A stretch of DNA of 63,284 bases, the filler included, from Octopus bimaculoides (lineage: Eukaryota), in assembly GCF_001194135.2 (NCBI RefSeq). It is 4 parts of 4 records of this genome, joined end to end, with 100 filler letters (N's around TTAATTAATTAA, not from the genome) between each part and the next. Parts side by side here need not be neighbours in the genome. Positions count along the whole stretch, not along the records: positions 44,262 to 54,454 come from NC_068981.1; positions 54,555 to 63,284 come from NC_069008.1; 2 more parts are not named here. One strand, given 5' to 3'. Below the pieces are notes generated by a model. The model saw nothing but the letters and a program-made list of their open reading frames with translations. It did no database searches and had not been told where the DNA came from. The position numbers and the translations under genes were made by a program. Numbering within the stretch: the first letter of the stretch is position 1; each line of letters opens with the position of its first letter. Shown in pieces: positions 52,843 through 63,284 of the stretch.

Positions 52843-52926
52843 CCCTTTTACTCGTGCAGAATCAACTGTTAATCGTGTACACAACAGTCCGGTAGTATTA
52901 TTTTTATCATCAAACCATGACATTTC
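52843..52926 (-). CDS. ABCB1: ABCB1/P-glycoprotein-like transporter, internal exon in the second transmembrane domain (84 nt, phase 0/0)
   Basis: Manual translation gives EMSWFDDKNNTTGLLCTRLTVDSARVKG, matching the P-gp motif WFDD..N.TG.L.TRL..DA..VKG. Flanks are ttttgttag| and |gtaagt. It is not in the ORF track because it is short. The symbol denotes the family; orthology is unresolved. Confidence 0.93.
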
Positions 52927-54399
52927 CTAACAAAATAGATTCAGATGTATCAAATTCAACATAGAATTCTTAATTACACTCATATATACATAACAGATAA
53001 CATGTTAAACACACATGCTCGATGAATCAATCAATCAATATGTAATTGTATTTATATATATNNNNNNNNNNNNNNNNNNNNNNNNNNNNNNNNNNNNNNN
53101 NNNNNNNNNNNNNNNNNNNNNNNNNNNNNNNNNNNNNNNNNNNNNNNNNNNNNNNNNNNNNNNNNNNNNNNNNNNNNNNNNNNNNNNNNNNNNNNNNNNN
53201 NNNNNNNNNNNNNNNNNNNNNNNNNNNNNNNNNNNNNNNNNNNNNNNNNNNNNNNNNNNNNNNNNNNNNNNNNNNNNNNNNNNNNNNNNNNNNNNNNNNN
53301 NNNNNNNNNNNNNNNNNNNNNNNNNNNNNNNNNNNNNNNNNNNNNNNNNNNNNNNNNNNNNNNNNNNNNNNNNNNNNNNNNNNNNNNNNNNNNNNNNNNN
53401 NNNNNNNNNNNNNNNNNNNNNNNNNNNNNNNNNNNNNNNNNNNNNNNNNNNNNNNNNNNNNNNNNNNNNNNNNNNNNNNNNNNNNNNNNNNNNNNNNNNN
53501 NNNNNNNNNNNNNNNNNNNNNNNNNNNNNNNNNNNNNNNNNNNNNNNNNNNNNNNNNNNNNNNNNNNNNNNNNNNNNNNNNNNNNNNNNNNNNNNNNNNN
53601 NNNNNNNNNNNNNNNNNNNNNNNNNNNNNNNNNNNNNNNNNNNNNNNNNNNNNNNNNNNNNNNNNNNNNNNNNNNNNNNNNNNNNNNNNNNNNNNNNNNN
53701 NNNNNNNNNNNNNNNNNNNNNNNNNNNNNNNNNNNNNNNNNNNNNNNNNNNNNNNNNNNNNNNNNNNNNNNNNNNNNNCCTCAACTTCTTTCTCATACAG
53801 ACTCTTCCTATCGTGTACTCAAGAACTGGTATAAATGCTCACGTGTTACTGACTCTCTTTCTATCTGCTGTAATATCTCACATACACATACATGTATCAC
53901 TCACACACACTCTTTTCTTTGTACGACGGCCTGTCTTTTATTATGTTATTATATGTCGCATTCACACTCACACACAGACATACATCTTTAATGCCACAAT
54001 AAATATCTCTGTTATTCATTTCATACGGTTGCCTTCTATCGTCTCTTCATTACTGGTATTTACGAATTCACATATGTTATCGTAGTATAACATATTTTGT
54101 ATATCATCATTGATATATTATTTTTGTGTTCGACCGTGTGACGCGTATAAATAAAAGGAGTCCTCTTTTTCCATTCGTCACCATTTCTCCTTTTTGAGTT
54201 CGCACGGTCATTCTTACATATATATAGACAACTCATCAGACCTGATTAGTCACCTATATTGTCGTTAAATTACTGGTAACTTTCTGACCGACTTTATATA
54301 ACTAAGGATATACTACTCGACTACATAAAATATAAATGCTTAAAATTAAAATTTCTTTTACAGCATCCTTGTTTACTGAGTTATGGACAACTGACTGGT

Positions 54400-54454
<55 letters not shown>

Positions 54455-54554
54455 NNNNNNNNNNNNNNNNNNNNNNNNNNNNNNNNNNNNNNNNNNNNTT
54501 AATTAATTAANNNNNNNNNNNNNNNNNNNNNNNNNNNNNNNNNNNNNNNNNNNN
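54455..54554. other. Artificial scaffold-join spacer
   Basis: Same 100-nt structure, 12-mer at 54499-54510. Confidence 0.97.
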
Positions 54555-54790
54555 TGGCACATAAAAGACACCATTTCGAGCTTGGCCGTTTTCGTGCGGG
54601 TGACACGTAAAAGCACCCACTACACTCCCTGAGTGGTTGGCGTTAGGAAGGGCATCCAGCTGTAGAAACTCTGCCAAATTAGATTGGAGCCTGGTGTTGC
54701 CATCCGGTTTCACCAGTCCTCAGTCAAATCGTCCAACCCATGCTAGCATGGAAGGCGGACGTTAAACGATGATGATGATGATGATGATGA
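54555..54790 (+). mobile_element. Young RTE LINE 3' UTR with (GAT)n tail
   Basis: Only a few substitutions relative to 44262-44481; CpGs retained. Confidence 0.88.
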
Positions 54791-54892
54791 TATACATATA
54801 CATATTCATGTGCACACACACACACATGATGTATATATACATACATTATGTGTGTGTATATATACACACACATAATGTACGTATATGTATAG

Positions 54893-55268
54893 GTGAGGTA
54901 TGGTTCTGAGGTACGACATGTGCTTCCCAACCACTGTGTGGCACCTTGGGTAAGTGTCTTCTACTATTGCCTTGGGCTGATCAAAGCTTTGTGAGTGGAT
55001 TTGGTTGACAGAAACGGAAAGAAGTCCAACCTAAATATATGTATATATCTGTATGTGTGTGTGTGTGTGTGTTTCTGTTTGCATTTGTCCTTCCTCATCA
55101 CTTGACAACCATTGTTAGTTTGTTTAACCTAACAGTTTGGAAAAAAGAGACTGATGTAATGAGTATTACACTTAGAAAAAATAAGTACTGAGTTGATTTT
55201 TTTTGACTGAACTCTTCAAAGCAGTGCCCCAGCATGGTCACAATCCAATGACTGAAACAAGTAAAAGA
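54893..55268 (+). mobile_element. SINE S1
   Basis: Diverged but colinear with the other S1 copies. Confidence 0.78.
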
Positions 55269-55393
55269 TGATATATATATATATACACATATACATATAC
55301 ATATATCAATCATGTGTGTATAAATGTAAACAAACAAATGTTTTTTTGTTTTTTTGAAGCATCGAAATGTGTATTATACGATACAAATTGGAA

Positions 55394-55850
55394 GATGATA
55401 TTTTTTTGAACACAGAGTTGCCATTACAACAGAAGAAATACTGGGTAAATTAACCTTACAAGGTAGAAAAATTTGTCAACAACCAGCTATGGGACTCAAA
55501 CCCATATCCCTCAAAAACTCCAGCTGAGTACTCTACAATTAAGCTAAACTGCTCACTGACAAATTCATCTGATGAATTAAACACTAAATAATTTAGCTTT
55601 ATAGAACAACCATGTGTATAAATGTAAACAAACAAATATTTCAACATTTCTAGTAAAAAAAAAAAATTGTTGCTTTCATTTATTTGTCAGCAGGCAGTTT
55701 AGCTTAGTGGTAAACCACCCAGTTGGAGTCTTTGAGGGATAAGGGTTCGAGCCCCATGGCTGGTTGTTGACAAATTTTTCTGCATTGCAAGGGGAATTTA
55801 CCCAGTATTTCTGCTTTTCTAACAGCAACTCTGTGTTAAAATAAAATCAT
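55394..55850. repeat. Inverted pair of tRNA-like elements (arms ~55394-55563 and ~55683-55850)
   Basis: The arms are diverged reverse complements. Each carries TAGCTTAGTGG- and GGTTCGAGCCC-like boxes. Confidence 0.8.
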
Positions 55851-55854
55851 TTTG

Positions 55855-55885
<31 letters not shown>

Positions 55886-55891
55886 GCGCGT

Positions 55892-55929
<38 letters not shown>

Positions 55930-56229
55930 CTGAAATTTACAGAAAGCAAAAGATGAAGACAGGTGTAGGAACAACAAGCAGGTGTATAAGTTTAATGCTC
56001 GGGCAAAATGGGAAAGTCTTTTATGTTTCAAGCATATGCTCTTCAACAGAAAGGATTAAGAGGAAAAAGAAAGGAGAGAGAATGAAAGGAAAAAAAGAGA
56101 GATAGAAGTAAGTATGCGGCTAAACAAATTTGACACAACAAATATATTAAATATAGTAAATAGATCAAATACAAAATGTATACATGCAAAATGAGAGGAA
56201 GCAAAAGGTGGAAGGTTTTAGATGATGAA

Positions 56230-56456
56230 TTTTTATTCTTTTACTTGTTTCAGTCATTTGACTGTGGCCATGCTGAAGCACCACCTTTAGTAAAACAAAT
56301 CAACCCCACGACTTATTCTACTAAATCCACTCTCAAGGCTTTGGTCAGCCCGAGGCTATAGTAGAAGACATTTGCCCAAGGTACCACAGTGGGACTGAAC
56401 CTGGAACCATGTGGTTGGGAAGCAAGTTTCTTACCACACAACCACTCCTGTGCCTG
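56230..56456 (-). mobile_element. SINE S1 with internal deletion
   Basis: Tail joined directly to the 5' half; the microsatellite region is missing. Confidence 0.78.
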
Positions 56457-57110
56457 TATAAATTTTATGTATTTAATACATTTAATATAGTCCATGTGTT
56501 TAATTTGCTTTTACGAGCATTCAATGACAATATGAGTCTTCAAAGACAGTTGTTCCCATAATTTCTAAAATAAAATTTAGGATTTATGGCGGGTCAAATT
56601 TGGGAAGAAAAAACATGACAGTGGAGACACAGAAGGAAACCGAACGAAAACAAACATGGAGGGTCGGTAGACCAAAACGAGAGGAAACTAGTGAAAGCTG
56701 AGAGAAACATTTGTTTTGAAATGAGAAAAGATAGAAGAGAGAGAGAGAGAAACACGTCTGCTCTTTTGAACGTCTGTAGAGGAAAAGAAAGATGGTCACG
56801 TGAGGAAAAGAAAGACACACACACACACAAACAGATATACTTACATACATTATAATATTTTATTACAGCTGAGGAGATACACAACTGACATGAAGGCCTA
56901 TCATGAAACTATCAGACCTTGCGTCATTGCGTCATTGCTGTGGCTTCCTAGTTATAATAAAATATGAGCACATTAAGTATTGAGTTCTTTTTGTATAAAT
57001 ATTCTGTATGTGTGTACATGTTCATGTGAGTGAATCTATGTGTTATTGCATGCATGTGTATGAAAACCCAATTTAAAAAAGAGAAGAAAAAAAAACAGTG
57101 GGATCCTCAC

Positions 57111-57288
57111 ATCAACTTTCATTTTTGGCTGGGAGTTCATGTAGTCAAACAGCTTCTTGTAGTTCTGATACTGCAGGTCCCATTCATTGGACTTGTCATA
57201 CCGAAAGTCATCACCCAGAGGTATCAGTACAATGTTCTGTCGGTATAGCTGAGATTTCTTGCGGTACTGATCGAGTAACATTTCAGCC
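57111..57288 (-). CDS. MAN2A1: Golgi alpha-mannosidase II (GH38), internal exon (178 nt)
   Basis: (R)[59 protein letters not shown] contains the MAN2A motifs [17 protein letters not shown] and EWDLQ..NY..LFDYMNS. Flanks are ctgtctttaccag| and |gtgagg. Probably the pro-ortholog of MAN2A1/MAN2A2. Confidence 0.95.
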
Positions 57289-57617
57289 CTGGTAAAGACA
57301 GAGATTGAGAGACAAGCAGACACTCAGACAAATTGACACAAGAAAAATGGCAACAGATTTATTCATTATTTTTTAATATTCATATTTCCTTGCTAGCATG
57401 GCTTAGATGATTATATTACTGAGGCATTGTTTAAAATTAGACATCCTTCCTATTGCTGATAATCCTTAGCTGTTTCTCTAGTAAAGGATTTTTTGCTTCA
57501 CACATTTTGAAAGTACAGTCATCACTTGAAACTCAGTGATTTGTAGAGAAGACATTTGCCCACAGTGTCACATAGTAGAATTGAAATCAAAAGCCATGTA
57601 GTTATAAAATTAATTTC

Positions 57618-60395
57618 AAACCACATGATTATGCTAGTTTTGGTCTAGGTGGCATGGATATTCTACAGGCAGAGAAATGGGTGGATAAGGTGATTGAAGT
57701 AGTCAGGGTATGTGATAGGGTACTTCAGCTAAGAATAGCCTTGTTCAATATAACAATGAATCTCTTCCATGGACTGCCTCAACAACAAAAGTTCTCATAG
57801 TGGTAAGGGACTTCAATGGACATGTTGGAAGACACCCTGATGGATTCCAGGGTGTGCATGGGGCTTTGGCTCAAGAAATGAGGAGGGGGACAAAGCTGCT
57901 GGGATTCTGTGATGCTCATGAATTACTGGTCTGCAACACTAATTTCAAGAAACTGGCCAGTTGTCTGGTAGGCACACCAGCCAGATTGATTACATCTTCA
58001 CCAGACACAATGACAGGTGTATTCTCATAAATGTAAAATCTTTCCCAAGTGAAGAATGTACAACTCAACATAAACTAGTGGTTAGTGATTTCAGGCTTAG
58101 GGCCAGAAGGATCCAAAGATACAAGCTAGTATGGAAAAGGAGGTTATGGAATGTCAAGTATCCTTCAAATGGGCAGAGATTTAGTTATGTTCTTAATGAG
58201 ACCTTTGATGAGAAGGAGAGAGGAATAGAGACATATAATGTAGAGGACAACTGGAAATTCCTACAGGACAATCTACTGAGGGCAACAGACCAAATCTGTG
58301 GTTGGGGCAAAGCCTCTGCCAGACCAAGGGTGACAATTGTGGTGCAACAGTGACATTGACAGGGCCATGAGAGAGAAGAAACAAATCTGGAAAGAATGGA
58401 AAAGAAGAGGTAGTAAAGAATCATATCAGAAAGTTAAAAGGGAGGGTGGACACCAGGATTATCAAGCTAGGGCACAAGCAGAAAGGAAGAGATTTGCCAA
58501 GGTTCTACATTGTGAAGATCAGAAACTTGAGGTGTTCCGGATTGTGAGACAGTGTGTCAGAGATAATCAAGATATTGTGGGAGAGAAGTGTGTACGATAG
58601 TTGATATGCTTGCACTTAGTGATGCGGACAAGAAAGAGGTGTGGAAAAGTTACTATGTAAGGCTATTGAATATGGAGAATGAATGGGATAAAGGGAGTCT
58701 CCCTCATGTGAACCTAACATCTGGAATCACTGTGCAGATACTCAAAATATCTGGTAAGGTAGGATACAGGCTAGTCACCCACAAGTTATTCAGGAAAGTG
58801 TAACACCCAGTGAGTGGTGCTAGTTGCTACACCACTCACTGGAAGATGGCCTTAGGTAGAAGTAATTATGGAGGCATCAAGCTCCTGAGCCTGCTGATGA
58901 AAATTACAGACTTATAGCCCAATTAATTAGGAGTAGAATTAGGCTAGATGAAATATAGCTTGGCTTTGTCATGAGGAGAAGCACTACTGATGCTATTTCC
59001 TTAGGCAGGCAACTTCAAAAGAAGTACTTAGCTAAGAATAAACCATTACACCTGACATTCATTGATTTAGAGAAAGTCTTCAATAGAGTACCCCGTTGTG
59101 TGATATAGTGGGCTCTGAGGAGGCTAGAGGTAGGGATTTGTGAAAGCTGTGCAGGCCATGTATGGAGGTGTTATCAGTAAGGTGAAAGTTAACAAGTACA
59201 GAAAAGAATTTGGTATACAGGTAGGCATTCATCAAGGAATTCAAGACAGGCAGCCCCTGGGAACTACTATATGCTGATGATCTTGCCCACATAGCAGATT
59301 ATATAGAGATAGAAAAAAAATTCCAAGTGTGGAAGCAAAAACTGGAATCTAAAAACTGAGGTCTTAGTAAGCAAGGAAACAGACAAGAGCCTACCCACTT
59401 CAGGTAAGTGGCCCTGCTTGATTTGTAGGAAAGGTGTTGGCAAGAATTTCATATGGTGTACCCAGTGTAAGCCACAGACATACAAGAAGTGGAGTGGAAT
59501 AACAGGAAGGTTATCAGAGAAAGTAGTGTTTGTATGTATAAGATGCACAAGAGCCCATTAAAACTAGATACTTGGCAAATCGATTTTCTCAAATGTCCTG
59601 GAAGCTCATCAGAAGTAATGAATAATTTCTGCTACCTAAGGGAACAAATTAGTAGTAATGGGGGAGGCTGTACAGAGAGTGTAATAGTTACAAAAGAGCT
59701 TTTACCTCTGTTGATAACCAAAAGTTTCTCTCTCTAAGTGAAAAAAAGATGGTATGACACATGTACACGAACAGTAATCCTACATGGTATTGAGACATGG
59801 GCACTGAATGCAGAAGACAAGTGAAAGCTAGAGAGGAATGAAGCTATTATGCTCCACTGGATATGTAATGTAAGTGTACACGTTTGACAGAGTGCTGGTA
59901 TATTGAAAGAGAAGATTGCGCTGGTATGGTCATGATGGATGCTGACAGTTCCATAAAGAAGTGCCAATCTCTCAAAGTGGATGGAACATGTGGAAGACGG
60001 AAACCCAGGAAGACATGGGATGAAGACTTGAAGGACAACCTCAGGATGCTGAACCTTTCAACAAAGGGCCATGATACCTGGTGCCTTGCTGCACTCAAGA
60101 AGACTTGTTCTTCACACCAGAAGTGTTAAGATGACCGCGCCCCCTGGTGAAGGGGATTGACCTGCAAGAGTCCTGTGCCAGTGTCACATAAAAGCGCTCG
60201 TGCAGTGCCATGTTAAAAGCACCCAGCATACATTGTAAAGTGGTTGGCATTAGGAAGGGCATCCAGCTGCAGAAACCAATCTAAATCAGACTAGAACCTA
60301 GTGAAGATCTCCACCTTGCCAGCTCTGGTCAAACTGTCCAACCCATGCCAGCATGGAAGACAGCCATTAAAGGATGATGATGATGATGATGATGA
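57618..60395 (+). mobile_element. Decayed near-full-length RTE-clade LINE (AP endonuclease, RT, Cys-rich insert, 3' UTR, (GAT)n tail)
   Basis: Frame-shifted motifs in order: VVRDFNGHVG, SQIDYIFTR, QHKLVVSDFRL, FIDLEKVFNRVP, ELLYADDL, WPCLICRKGVG and GRRKPRKTWDE. The tail is gatgatgat near 60373-60395. Confidence 0.92.
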
Positions 60396-61219
60396 CACAC
60401 ACATAAAATCATCATCGTTCAACGTTCATGTTCCATACCGGTATGTGTTGGACAGTTTGACAGGATCTGGTGGGTGCAAAGATTGCTTTGTGCTTCTCTG
60501 TTTACTTGATATGGTTTCTGCAGTTGGATGCTTTTCTTAATGCCAATTACATTACAGCATGTTCTGGGTGCCTTTTTTCATACCACTAGCACTAGTGAGG
60601 TTACTATCAGCTAGTAAAGCTATGATCCACAAGTGAAGAGGAGGAGGAACTTAATGTTAAGAAAAGAGTTAGAGGTAAAGCTTGAGAAAAAAAGGGCAGG
60701 AACAGAACAGGTCTCTTGCTGTTGAGAAGCAACAAGGTTAATTACATTTTAGAAGAGTGGATAGTGGGTGGAGTTGGAAAGCAATGAGATGTTAGAGTGA
60801 ACCTTCAAGGTACAAGATGGATAAGAATGAAAAGGGCATGAGTGCTTGAAGTGAGTGGGTGGAGTAGGGGCTGTCTGGTAATTTGGGAGAGAGCAGAATG
60901 AAAATGATGACAGAGTAAACAGTAAGAAGAAAGAAAGATGACATGCAAGGGTGGATGGGAAAGTGAGGCAGGTGCACTGTATGAGGGAGTGAGAGGTATG
61001 GTGGTGTGGGAGGAGAGATAATTTGATGGGACAACAGGAGTATGTAGGAGCTCAACAAAAGTATGGGTTGTAATTAATATTAATGAATGAAGAATGGATA
61101 ACAAGTGAGGTGGTTCTAGGAAGGAGGAAGAGAAGTGGTAGGAGCTAAGAGATATAACTCAGTGTAGCCAGTGGCAGGAATTTGGACAACAAAGATAAAT
61201 CATTTATTTTATCTGTTAC

Positions 61220-61445
61220 CATTTACTTGCTTTAGCCATTAGACAGCAGCCATGCTGGGGCACTGCCTTGGAGAATTTTTAGTTGAATGAATCCACCCCA
61301 GTGCTTACTTTTTGTCAAGCCTGATATTTATCCTATCAGTCTCTTTTTGCTGAACCACTAAGTTATGGAGGCATTAAGACACCAACACTGGTTGTTAAGT
61401 AGTGATAGGAGACAAACACGGATGACAAAGACACACACACACACA
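61220..61445 (-). mobile_element. SINE S1 3' half
   Basis: Homologous to the S1 tail region. Confidence 0.72.
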
Positions 61446-61451
61446 GATATA

Positions 61452-61930
61452 CAGGGGTTGGACAAAATAATGGAAACACCTTAAAACTTCAAACAAATTC
61501 ATTTTAATATGGGGTAGGACCGCCTTTGGTAGTAATTACAACTTGAATTCTATGAAGTCTGGACTCGTACAAAGTTTGAATTGTTTCCAAAGGAATTTTT
61601 GTCCATTCTTCAGCTAAAACTGTTTTGTAGTGATGATGGTGGAGGATATGGACTCCTTACTTGTTTTTCTAAAATGCACCATAAATGTTCAATAATATTG
61701 CGATCTGGGGGCTGTGGTGGCCAGATAAGATGTTCGGCTTCACTAGAATATTCCTTGCGCTATTCAGTAACAACTTTAGCTGTGTGAATTGGTGCATTAT
61801 CATTCCGAAAGACTGTGTTTCTCTCCAGAAACAGTTGCACAACCATAGGATGAATTTGATAAAATAAAATGCTTAAATAGTCTTGACTATATTAATTCTG
61901 CCATGAAGGGAAACCATTGGGCCAGAACTG
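61452..61930 (-). mobile_element. Tc1-like transposon 3' end with catalytic-domain remnant
   Basis: Terminus TA|CAGGGGTTGGACAAAATAATGGAAACACC. The minus strand reads DNAPIHTAKVVTE*...WPPQPPDRNIIEHLW. Confidence 0.9.
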
Positions 61931-62329
61931 TTGGTGGCAGTCCTCCTATGGCCACCTCAGGGGCACAGTAATCCATAGATTTTTTAAAGGTATTTCCACT
62001 CTAAAAATTGGATAATGCCTCCTTCATCAGAGAGAGTATATTATTCATGATTCACATTTCGTAAAATGTTGTACTGGGTAGATGAGATTTACTTATACAG
62101 GGAGATGCATTTGTTAACAAGAAGAGAAAATGTTATAGCAGGAATTATAGGAAATACAATTTAGAAAATGTTTTAAATGTTAAGCAGATAATAATTTATC
62201 AAGATGAAGTCACAGCATGGCAGGAGTATAGAGACTAAGTGAAATATAGATAATTAAAAATTTAATAGTTAATTTATCAAGGTTTATCAAAATATTTAAA
62301 TGTTGAACAGTATCTATGGTTACAGGAAT

Positions 62330-63000
62330 ACGTAGTATCCAAGAACTTATTTAATGATGTAGGGTCATATCAATGAAGAGTATTTGTGGACTGTCTAATA
62401 CACAATTTACATACATACATAATTGTATTGTATGTGGGAGGGGGGAGCTTCTGCTATTACAGACCAAAATAATGAGTATTGTATATTTTTTGATTTAACT
62501 TCTTGTATATACATAGCTAGTGTTGTAGAAAATTTATATTTTATGTTAGTAAAAGAATTCAAGTGGGCCCTATAGCGACATTTAAAGTCTCTAGTACTTC
62601 CTATATAAACTCTTACCCTCTCTGTGGCAGGGATCTCCACAGAACACCTATACACTACATTACTATACAAACAGGATCCAGGTAGTGGGTATGACTCCTT
62701 AATTCGACAATTACATGTTTTTTTTCCTCTCAGCATTGGCACTAATTTTCTGATTACTAGAGGTTAAGTCACCCTCAACCGTCAGGGGGTGACCTGGCGC
62801 AATATTTACATTAGAGCTAGTATCAGTTTTAGAGTTATAAAGTTCATTATAAATGCATGTGATAAAAAACTAAAATATTCCAAATATGTTAATCCATTTC
62901 TAAAATATGTTCCTCACAATATTTACATGCATATCTATACTATATATAAAACAGAGATGTGTGTGTGTAATCGCTTTTCATGTGAAATTGACTTCACCAA
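62330..63000 (-). mobile_element. Penelope-like element, GIY-YIG endonuclease domain
   Basis: ORF 62407..62742 reads CNCR..YPLPGSCLYSNVVY...YIGST..FKCRY.AHLNSF...STTLA.YI...WS, a typical PLE endonuclease. Confidence 0.88.
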
Positions 63001-63284
63001 ATGCTTCCATACTTGTGATGCATGAATAATTTGACCTCGGATAAATCTTAGGCTCTTCATTTGATTTTTTTAATCAAAAATAAATAATATTGCTTTATAT
63101 TTAAGATTCACTTCTTTAAAAAGGTTCCTCAATGTCAACTTCCGGTAGCCATAGCTTTTTCTTCACTTTAACTTCAATCGTTACTGTTCGCACTAAAAGT
63201 TTACTCACATTTACTGATGTAAGTAATTTCATCATTTACTAACAGAAGTACGGTTTTGTGTTTTCCTGTTGCTGAAGTTTTTTT

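Noticed and set aside
60640-61200. Purine-rich stretch with antisense Pro/Leu/Ser ORFs
   Set aside because: Compositionally biased with no motif recognised; probably an old repeat that I cannot classify.

Overview
AT-rich, repeat-dense animal genomic DNA from a gapped draft assembly. The repeat landscape (tRNA-derived SINEs, RTE LINEs, abundant microsatellites) suggests an octopod cephalopod, but that is inference. Three artificial 100-nt spacers (44N-TTAATTAATTAA-44N) split the window into four blocks: A 1-29518, B 29619-44161, C 44262-54454 and D 54555-63284. Block C carries three consecutive minus-strand exons (84, 204 and 101 nt) of an ABCB1/P-glycoprotein-type transporter. Block D carries one internal minus-strand exon of Golgi alpha-mannosidase II (MAN2A). 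No other host-gene exon could be recognised; block A has only weak candidates. The rest is transposon material: RTE LINEs, Penelope-like RT and GIY-YIG remnants, mariner, Tc1 (DD36E spacing), hAT and piggyBac-type MITEs, and at least five modular SINE types. I found no convincing new biological system. The best leads are the same-strand ABCB/MAN2A juxtaposition (probably an assembly join), the CpG-retaining block B, combinatorial head/tail swapping among SINEs, and two intronic hairpins. Exon, TSD and linker coordinates were counted by hand; other repeat boundaries are approximate.
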